Assembly: GCA_041659065.1 (NCBI GenBank)
Contig: JBAZYY010000002.1
Location: forward strand, 24,091-88,090
From: Parcubacteria group bacterium
GTDB taxonomy: Bacteria > Patescibacteriota > Minisyncoccia > Moranbacterales > UBA11712
Reading direction: 5' to 3'
Length of the DNA stretch: 64,000 nucleotides
Below the pieces are notes generated by a model. The model did not search any database. It saw only the letters and a program-made list of their open reading frames with translations, and was not told the origin of the DNA. Shown here in pieces: positions 57,271-64,000 of this stretch (position 1 is the first letter of the stretch; every line of letters begins with the position of its first letter). Both the position numbers and the translations under genes were made by a program.

Positions 57271-57293
57271 TGACTAAAGCTTAGCTTTAGTCA
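57271..57293. repeat. 23-nt palindrome TGACTAAAGC-TTA-GCTTTAGTCA
   Basis: 10-3-10 geometry in the ndk-thyA spacer; CTAAAG/CTTTAG core shared with the RAYT REPs. Confidence 0.7.
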
Positions 57294-57301
57294 GGATTTT
57301 A

Positions 57302-57910
57302 TTATTCTAAAATTCCGTCCAGATTTACGTCGTAAAGGATGCTTTCCTGAATCAAGCGATAGTTTAGAATCTCATCTTCCGAAAACCAATGCTTGATTTC
57401 CATCTCGGCTTCTTCAACGGATCCGGAAGCATGCAAAAGATTTCGCACCGCCCGGTCATCCACATCCGCCATACTGTAGGAATCAACCGTAAGATCCCCC
57501 CGAATAGTTCCAACATCGGATGTTAACGGCTCCGTTCCTCCCATCACTTTTCGAACGATTCCAACCGCCTGGTTTCCCTGCCAAATCATTCCAATTACCG
57601 GTCCGGCCGTTAGATATTTTTCTAAGCGGTCTAGAACTTGGTTTCCAATCGCCATCGGGTCCCTAGTCGGCGGCTCAAGCCCTTTTTTATCGTAAGCTTC
57701 GATAGATTTCACTCCCACGTTCTCAAGCCATTTTGGATCCAGGGTATAATGCTCCCTGACTTTTCCCGCGCTGGGAATAAACATTTTTAGTCCCACTAGC
57801 TTCAGTCCAGTCCGCTCAAATCTTTTAATAATTTCCCCGATCAAAGACCTTTGCACGCCATCCGGCTTGATGATTACGAATGTTCGCTCCTTGCTTGCGT
57901 CACTTTTCAT
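57302..57910 (-). CDS. ndk: Nucleoside diphosphate kinase
   Basis: ERTFVIIKPDGVQR, GTIRGD, RNLLHASGS. Confidence 0.95.
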   Translation of the reverse strand: MKSDASKERTFVIIKPDGVQRSLIGEIIKRFERTGLKLVGLKMFIPSAGKVREHYTLDPKWLENVGVKSIEAYDKKGLEPPTRDPMAIGNQVLDRLEKYLTAGPVIGMIWQGNQAVGIVRKVMGGTEPLTSDVGTIRGDLTVDSYSMADVDDRAVRNLLHASGSVEEAEMEIKHWFSEDEILNYRLIQESILYDVNLDGILE

Positions 57911-58123
57911 GCTTTTGAATATTAATTTTAAGTTATTTTAAGATAAAATAAGCCATTTAGCTTATCTTGAGCAAGTAAATTTTAGCAAATAAGAAACTTT
58001 TGGGCAAGAAAAAACCCGAATCCGTAGATTCGGGCCCGGGCTGTGAGAAACCCGCTTGGGAAATAGTTCTTTTCGTCCTTCATAGGCATCCTCCTTTCCG
58101 GGCTTGGCCCGGATGTGGAACGG

Positions 58124-58594
58124 CTATCTTTTCTGCTTCTCCACTTCGGAAAGCCTCCAGGTTTGACCATCGCCGTAAAAGGCTAGAGCCTCGAGCCAGA
58201 GCCCACTCGCATCATGGTGCAATACAGCCAATACTTCACAGCCTTTTTCGGTATAGATTGATTGCTGGGCATAGACTTTAATAAATGGATCGCCCGAAAC
58301 ATGAAGGCGGGAGTCATAGAAATCATACGGGAGAAGTTGTCCATGTTTATTCATGTCAAGGATGAGACCGGTGGGTTCTGCGAAGCCTTTTACCATGACT
58401 ATTAAACCGTCACTAAAGCCTTCACTATGCAATGCGAGCTGCTTAACTGTAACGTGGTGGGCAGAAAGTTCCGTCCAATTTATGCGTTTCTGAATCGAAG
58501 ATGCAACCCAGATAGCAACGATGAGGCCGAAGACAATACCTGCTCTCCCCACCCAAAGAAGTCTCTCGCTCTGCTGTAGCTGTAATTCCTTCAT
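58124..58594 (-). CDS. Membrane-anchored hypothetical protein
   Basis: Single TM; own promoter and downstream hairpin. Confidence 0.6.
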   Translation of the reverse strand: MKELQLQQSERLLWVGRAGIVFGLIVAIWVASSIQKRINWTELSAHHVTVKQLALHSEGFSDGLIVMVKGFAEPTGLILDMNKHGQLLPYDFYDSRLHVSGDPFIKVYAQQSIYTEKGCEVLAVLHHDASGLWLEALAFYGDGQTWRLSEVEKQKR

Positions 58595-58669
58595 TCTCGC
58601 TTCCCCCTTGATGTGATTGAGCTAATTTTCAAAAAATTGTAAAATCTGCCGCAGTTGCGACATTGTGTT

Positions 58670-58698
58670 ATTTTATCATAAAATAAGCTTTATGTCAA
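58670..58698 (-). promoter_or_regulatory. Sigma70 promoter for the 58594 gene
   Basis: TTGACA-17 nt-TAAAAT with extended TG. Confidence 0.65.
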
Positions 58699-58843
58699 TC
58701 ATGATCCAGTCATTTAATACACTTCCATTTTTTATCTTTATTTAAAGCAAAAATAACCCCCGAAAAAAGGAGGAAAATATGCGAAAACCGGAGCGGTACA
58801 AGCGCTTCCCTTTTTGTTCCTACGCTAGTAGTTTACTGATGTT

Positions 58844-59398
58844 TTACTTACCAACAAGGTACGCGGTGACATAAGCTTCAATAAAAGCTGCTAAAAGCAG
58901 GAGCGGAAGAATAATTTTGAAGTATTTTTTGACCGAATATCTAAATGCTTCCTTGAATGGCTCCCCGTAACGAATCTTCCGGTAGAACTTCACGCCGAGC
59001 CACAGACCGTAACCCGAAGCCATGAGCACCGCCGGAATTTCAAAGATCCCATGCGGGAGAAGGCTTAAGACCACTCTCAAAAATCCCTCACGCGGACCGA
59101 AGACCGCGAGCACCAGCCCGATCAGATTGGCATTCGTGAAAACAAAAAAAATCGGAATGATCCCGAAAAAAAATCCTGTAAGCAATACGAATAGCGCCTT
59201 AAGCGAATTATTAAGAAAAATGAAAGCAAAAAGCTGGAAAGTATTCAAATTTTTGGCAAAGCTAAAGCTGGAAAACAGCTGATTCACTGAGTCCCGGCTG
59301 GCCACCGGATCTTGCATTGCCATCAAATACCCACTCACTGCCGAAAGGATGAAAATGACCCAGATAATGAAAATATAATTCCCTGCTCTCTTCTTCAT
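58844..59398 (-). CDS. SpoIIM-family (DUF95) membrane protein
   Basis: IFLNN, LLPHGIFEIPA, LLLAAFIEAYVT. Confidence 0.88.
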   Translation of the reverse strand: MKKRAGNYIFIIWVIFILSAVSGYLMAMQDPVASRDSVNQLFSSFSFAKNLNTFQLFAFIFLNNSLKALFVLLTGFFFGIIPIFFVFTNANLIGLVLAVFGPREGFLRVVLSLLPHGIFEIPAVLMASGYGLWLGVKFYRKIRYGEPFKEAFRYSVKKYFKIILPLLLLAAFIEAYVTAYLVGK

Positions 59399-59544
59399 AT
59401 GGGCATTTAGATAAATTCTAGTTTGCTAAAAAATAACAACATAGTAATTAAATTACAATCTTCATTTTGTAATTACTACCACGCTACCAAGGATGGTAGC
59501 AATTACATTTTTTTTGTTTTAAGCTTACTGGGAGGTTTGATATG

Positions 59545-60522
59545 CTATTTAACTTTCGTCTGGCCGTTGGTTTGAAGCGCAATAGGAATGTCGCGAAAGT
59601 CCAGGGAGTGATCTTTTGGATTCACCGTTACCTCCACAGTCAGCCCTTCTTTCGTTTCTTTCTGAAAATACTGGTCAAATATGAAGTTGCCCAGCGAATA
59701 ATATATCTTTTTGCCTTTATAAATTTCCGAATCCTGCACCACGTGCGGATGGGTTCCGATGATAAAATCCGCGCCGGCATCTATAAATTGATACGCCAGA
59801 TTTCGAATGTTATTACCCGGATCCCCCACCTTATATTCTGTTCCCCAGTGGGGACAAATAATGACGATGTTGGATTGAGTCTTAGCCGCCTTGATATTTT
59901 CTAGCGCCGTTTCAATAGAATCCGGAATGGAATAATTATAGCTGACAAAAGAGATCTTTATTCCATTTATGTTTTTGGAGACTAAAGCCCCAATTGGGGC
60001 TTTAGTCTCCAAATCGCCGAAATATTGCACTCCAGCTTCGTCCAGATATTTTTTTGTCTGTTGTACCCCTGCTTCTCCTTGATTAAGAATATGGTTATTG
60101 CCGAGATTTACGAGCTTGATATTATTTTTCGTCAGGACACCTGCCACGCTGGGAGCAAAAGTAAAGTTAAAGTTTTTACTCTCCCCCAGTTTAGTATTAA
60201 TGCTTACCGAATTTTTATCCGTTATCGGCCCTTCCAGATTTCCAATCACTAAATCTTCGCTCGCGAGCAAATCTTTTACTTGGCCGAACATATAATCATA
60301 GTCCCCTCCGCGCTTATCCGCAGTCTCTCGAATATACCGGTCAAACATCATGTCTCCGACAAAGAGCAGTTTCATGGACTTTCTATCTTCGACGGATGTT
60401 TCTGGATATTTCGATATTTCTTTTCCCAAATTATTAGCATTATCATTAATAACGCCTATTTTTCCGCAACCGGAAAAAAATATAATGATGGCAACCAAAA
60501 AAATTATTTTTACATTTTTCAT
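59545..60522 (-). CDS. CapA-family metallophosphoesterase-fold lipoprotein
   Basis: Lipobox FSGC; VGDMMFDR, NLEG, GNNH, PHWG.EY, GTHPHVVQ, YSLGNF. Confidence 0.9.
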   Translation of the reverse strand: MKNVKIIFLVAIIIFFSGCGKIGVINDNANNLGKEISKYPETSVEDRKSMKLLFVGDMMFDRYIRETADKRGGDYDYMFGQVKDLLASEDLVIGNLEGPITDKNSVSINTKLGESKNFNFTFAPSVAGVLTKNNIKLVNLGNNHILNQGEAGVQQTKKYLDEAGVQYFGDLETKAPIGALVSKNINGIKISFVSYNYSIPDSIETALENIKAAKTQSNIVIICPHWGTEYKVGDPGNNIRNLAYQFIDAGADFIIGTHPHVVQDSEIYKGKKIYYSLGNFIFDQYFQKETKEGLTVEVTVNPKDHSLDFRDIPIALQTNGQTKVK

Positions 60523-60524
60523 TG

Positions 60525-61427
60525 TCATTTTGAGCTTTGAACTTTGCACTTTTCAGCCAGAGGCTGATCCGCCTTTGGCGGAGAATTTTCGGCTTCGCAA
60601 ATGAATTCTATGTCCCCGCTCTCGTCCGTCCTGAGAATCCGAATATTTTTCTCCCTGAGAGCCTCCAAAACTGCTTCTGTCGGGTGCCCGTAGGAATTAT
60701 TCGCACCGACCGAGATGATTGCTTCTTTGGGACTGGCCGCGTTAAGGAATTCCTCAGACGAGGAATATTTCGATCCGTGATGGGCAATCTTCAAGAAATC
60801 GATATCGACATTTTCTCCCCTCTCGAGAATTTCTCTTTCGGCGGGAGATTCGATATCACCTGTAAAAAGAAAACTGCTCCCTCCATAATCCAGCCGGCTG
60901 ACTATGGATTTATTATTTGCGTCCCCGGACGAGGAATCGACTTTGCTCTGAGGATATATTATTTTTAGACTTGCATCGGAAAATTTTATTTCATCGCCGC
61001 TTGTCGCATCCAATTTTCCAACTTTGTTAAAATCTAGCACTTCTTGCCATTCTTTGAAAATCGCCGTATCTTTTTCCGCTGCTGTTTCCAAGACTTTTCC
61101 GATCTTATAATTCCTCGCCACGTCAATAAGACCTCCAATATGATCCCTATCTGGATGTGTGACAATTACGATTTCTATTTCACGGTCAAAATAGGGCAGA
61201 TATTCTCCAAGTTCCGCGAGCTCCACTTTTCCACTGGACCCACCGTCAATGAGAATTTGCTTGACTCCCTTTTGGATGAGAATTGAATCGCCCTGTCCGA
61301 CATTCAGGAAGATTACCTGAAGCGGACGGGATAAACTATAGATTTGGTATACGTAAAACAAGCATACTACGGCTAAAGCCGCTACTGCCATATACTTTAT
61401 TTTATATCTCGTATTTGACCACGGCAT
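60525..61427 (-). CDS. ComEC C-terminal metallo-beta-lactamase domain protein (stand-alone)
   Basis: VGQGDS, THPDRDHIGG, FTGD, HHGS, NSYGHP, RTD..G; C-terminal tail is repeat-derived. Confidence 0.9.
   Translation of the reverse strand: MPWSNTRYKIKYMAVAALAVVCLFYVYQIYSLSRPLQVIFLNVGQGDSILIQKGVKQILIDGGSSGKVELAELGEYLPYFDREIEIVIVTHPDRDHIGGLIDVARNYKIGKVLETAAEKDTAIFKEWQEVLDFNKVGKLDATSGDEIKFSDASLKIIYPQSKVDSSSGDANNKSIVSRLDYGGSSFLFTGDIESPAEREILERGENVDIDFLKIAHHGSKYSSSEEFLNAASPKEAIISVGANNSYGHPTEAVLEALREKNIRILRTDESGDIEFICEAENSPPKADQPLAEKCKVQSSK
60528..60582. repeat. Repeat-derived 3' end: TCCGCCAAAGGCGGA / TCAGCCTCTGGCTGA twin hairpin plus heptamer arm
   Basis: Plus strand ttttgag ctttgaa ctttgca cttt tcagccagaggctga tccgcctttggcgga. 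Confidence 0.7.
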
Positions 61428-61469
61428 TGGAATTGTTTATTTTGTCTATAAGTTTAATTTCTAACCGAC

Positions 61470-62939
61470 TTAGGCTCCCGCCGGCATCAGACGATCCCGG
61501 CTTTTTTTATTATGGATAAAAACTACTATCAGCAGAACAGCATAATAAACAAACATTAATTTCCAGCCAAAATTTTTGACTTCGACCGATGCCCAAGGCA
61601 AATTCGCCATCCACCCAACCGCGAATAATTCCGCTTTGAGTAAAATATAGGGTACGAATCCGACGAGCCTCCCAAGTGGCAATAATATAAAACCCGCTAT
61701 CCCCGCCGCGAACCCTATTCCCATTATAGCTGGAATCGCCGGCAAAATAACAAAATTGGCGAATGGCGAGACCAAAGAAAGTTTTTCAAAGGAGTTTAAA
61801 ATTATAGGCAAGACGAAAATTGTCGCGGCCATAGTAAGTATAACGGTTTCTCGAATAAGTTTCGGAGCTCTCCCTCCTCGCCAAAAAAAATTTTCTAAAA
61901 TAGGAGAGAGCTGCACAATTCCAATTGTTGCGAGGAAAGAAAGTTGGAATCCAGCGTCGTAACGAAGAAGGAGTGGATTAATTGCGAGCATCGCGCCAGC
62001 CGCAAGCATTATCGCGTTCGTGGAATTGGCCAGTCTCCCCTCTTTCATCGCCCAGATGACGAGACTTCCCATGATCCCCGCCCGCACCGCCGACGCTGGC
62101 GCGCCAGTCATTAAAACAAACAAAACTATCCCGATCAGCGCAAAAGAAAAAACCTGTTGGCGCCAAAGCCCCAAAAATATGCCAAGCCACATTAAAAACG
62201 CAGCAACAATCGTAACATTATATCCCGAAACCGCAACTGTGTGCGTAGTCCCCGTCCGTTGAAAAGCATCGCTTAAATTTTGGGTCATTCTTTTGCTTCC
62301 GCCAAGAAGCAAGCCTTTGAGATACGCCCCCTCGGGATCAGGAAAAATTTGAGAGAGTTTTTTTTCGAATTTATTTTTTATCGTCAGGACGGCTGCATAA
62401 AACATGCTTCCTTTATTCCTGGCAACTACGGATATTTGCGTTTTATTGCAAACTCGATAAATCCCATCCTTCGCCAGATACATTTGGTAATCGAAGGCAG
62501 AATCTTCGAAATTTTTGGGTTCTTGCAAGATGCAACTCACTTTAAGCTCATCGCCGTAATTATATGCCGGGTATATATCTGCATTTATGAGTATCCTGTT
62601 CTTATCAATATCTTTGACAATAATTTTTTGATATTTTTCGTCTATTTCCGGCTCTTTGGCAACCTTAACTAATAGCTCGGTTGGACCAAGTTTGCTGCCG
62701 GCTAAATTGCTTCTTGCGCCATCAAGGGAAATATTCGCCCGCCAGGCTCCTAAGGCAAAAATTAAAACAGCCGCGCTCGCGACTGCCATTTTTCTGTCTT
62801 TACAATTAATGACAAGGATCGCAATTCCCGAAGCAATAATAATCAAAATTAAATATTCTTCTATTCGCAAAAATGATGCTATAAAAACACCGAACAAGAA
62901 CGCCAGAGATAGGATAAAAAAAACCTTAGCCTTAGTCAT
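61470..62939 (-). CDS. comEC: ComEC/Rec2 DNA-uptake channel (competence domain)
   Basis: TGTTHTVAVSGYNV, SAVRAGIM, GFQLSFLAT. Confidence 0.92.
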   Translation of the reverse strand: MTKAKVFFILSLAFLFGVFIASFLRIEEYLILIIIASGIAILVINCKDRKMAVASAAVLIFALGAWRANISLDGARSNLAGSKLGPTELLVKVAKEPEIDEKYQKIIVKDIDKNRILINADIYPAYNYGDELKVSCILQEPKNFEDSAFDYQMYLAKDGIYRVCNKTQISVVARNKGSMFYAAVLTIKNKFEKKLSQIFPDPEGAYLKGLLLGGSKRMTQNLSDAFQRTGTTHTVAVSGYNVTIVAAFLMWLGIFLGLWRQQVFSFALIGIVLFVLMTGAPASAVRAGIMGSLVIWAMKEGRLANSTNAIMLAAGAMLAINPLLLRYDAGFQLSFLATIGIVQLSPILENFFWRGGRAPKLIRETVILTMAATIFVLPIILNSFEKLSLVSPFANFVILPAIPAIMGIGFAAGIAGFILLPLGRLVGFVPYILLKAELFAVGWMANLPWASVEVKNFGWKLMFVYYAVLLIVVFIHNKKSRDRLMPAGA

Positions 62940-63051
62940 GCAATCATTATATCAGAAAAAACGGGCTGAAACCCGCTTTTTTATTCCCATCCATGTTCCT
63001 ATTTCGGACTTTAGAAAAGCATAATCCTGAAAGATAAGACTTCGGGCTTAG

Positions 63052-63270
63052 CTAACTTATTTCAATTAGCTTTGTCCGAGCAGATTTTCCGCCGATAATA
63101 TTCACGGAGCTTTTTGAAACGCTAAAATAATCCGCCAATAAATTTACGACGGCACCATTTGCTTTTCCTTTTTCCGGCGCGGCCGTGACTTTGATTTTAT
63201 ATTCGGCGTCGGAAATCTTCACGACTTCGTTTTTGCCCGCCCGCGGCGTCACCTTCGCGTATATTCGCAT
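63052..63270 (-). CDS. DUF167/YggU family protein
   Basis: KVTPRA, VTAAPEKGKAN, I..G..ARTK. Confidence 0.88.
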   Translation of the reverse strand: MRIYAKVTPRAGKNEVVKISDAEYKIKVTAAPEKGKANGAVVNLLADYFSVSKSSVNIIGGKSARTKLIEIS

Positions 63271-63847
63271 CGCATTGGGGAATATTAATTACTTGCCTCG
63301 CTGTTCTCCCTTTTATCCGAAAGTAGACATTCAGCGCCAAAATTAGAATCAATAGAACATTAAAATAAATGAAAATATTCCTGACCAAATCATTTTTCAT
63401 GTCTGTTCCCAGCGACAGGGCATGAACGATAGAAAAGCCATACAAAACCAGATTGAGGGTATGCGCAATTCTCCAGGACTTTCGAGATATATATTTTCGA
63501 GCATAGGATGTCAGGACAAGAATCAGGATGAGATAGAAGGATATGGTCCCCAGCGCGACGAGAGTTGTTTCATAGCTTGAATGAAAAGGAACAAAGACAT
63601 CCAGCCAGCTGAAAGTCAACAAATTATCGAAAATAAGCGCGACGCCGTGAATGAGGGCAAATATGAGCGCCTGTACAGAGAGCCAGCAATGAATATTCAG
63701 GGCGCAAATTTTAGCCGAAAACCTCCGGAAAATTGGAATACGCCCGATTGATCCAAAAAGAATCGAAATATACAGAAGAAAGAAACCAACCAGGGCGCTT
63801 GCGCGCGTAATGTACCACGCCCAGGAAACAACGTCTGCGTTATCCAT
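63197..63847 (-). CDS. Ferric-reductase-like heme-binding transmembrane protein
   Basis: WYITRAS, four His residues in TM segments (IHC, IHG, WRIAH, VHALSLGTD). Confidence 0.82.
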   Translation of the reverse strand: MDNADVVSWAWYITRASALVGFFLLYISILFGSIGRIPIFRRFSAKICALNIHCWLSVQALIFALIHGVALIFDNLLTFSWLDVFVPFHSSYETTLVALGTISFYLILILVLTSYARKYISRKSWRIAHTLNLVLYGFSIVHALSLGTDMKNDLVRNIFIYFNVLLILILALNVYFRIKGRTARQVINIPQCDANIREGDAAGGQKRSREDFRRRI

Positions 63848-63911
63848 AAGAAAATATTTTCAATTATTTTCATTCACCATTCTAACACAACGGATGATTT
63901 TTTGCTTACTT

Positions 63912-64000
63912 TTAGCCGGTTGGCCCATGAGTAGGGATATATTTCTTCGCTTCAGAAGTCACAAAAACATTTCCCAGATAATCCAGGAAAACTGCGGCAA
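63912..64000 (-). CDS. 3' end of an upstream gene, possibly ApbE-like flavin transferase
   Basis: Open frame ...AAVFLDYLGNVFVTSEAKKYIPTHGPTG*; product inferred only from adjacency to the ferric-reductase-like gene. Confidence 0.35.
   Translation of the reverse strand, partial: AAVFLDYLGNVFVTSEAKKYIPTHGPTG

Noticed and set aside
63197-63270. 74-nt same-strand overlap of the ferric-reductase-like and DUF167 genes as a programmed feature
   Set aside because: Most simply a lost stop codon extending a non-conserved tail; no slippery site or other support.
1-64000. Alternative genetic code 25 (TGA = Gly) as in Gracilibacteria/Absconditabacteria
   Set aside because: Conserved genes are full length under code 11, and rpsN ends at TGA in the expected place.

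Overview
A 64-kb chromosomal window from an AT-rich bacterium using the standard code (TGA is a stop). It looks like Patescibacteria/CPR (Parcubacteria-like): rpmD/L30 is missing between rpsE and rplO, Shine-Dalgarno signals are few, comEC is split, and there are CPR-type secreted proteins. The core is a fused str-S10-spc cluster (rpsL to secY, adk, map). Other content: a trimeric NuoE/NuoF-linked [FeFe]-hydrogenase operon, fba/tpiA/galT/ROK kinase, a two-component pair, an ECF sigma module, tRNA-Pro(GGG), and an ndk-thyA-folA operon. That operon also carries a second thymidylate-synthase-like protein fused to an MtrA-like domain. The most striking unexplained signal is non-coding. About 20 intergenic spacers are inverted arrays of degenerate 7-nt repeats. 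One array encloses a four-helix-bundle (23S-rRNA-IVS/Avd-like) gene and the rest are empty; several near-identical copies punctuate the ribosomal operon. Further repeat systems: a RAYT transposase with 23-nt REP palindromes (one inside its own ORF), and a 36-nt palindrome inserted in frame into both galT and rplV. All calls come from reading motifs by eye; no searches were run and repeat boundaries are approximate.
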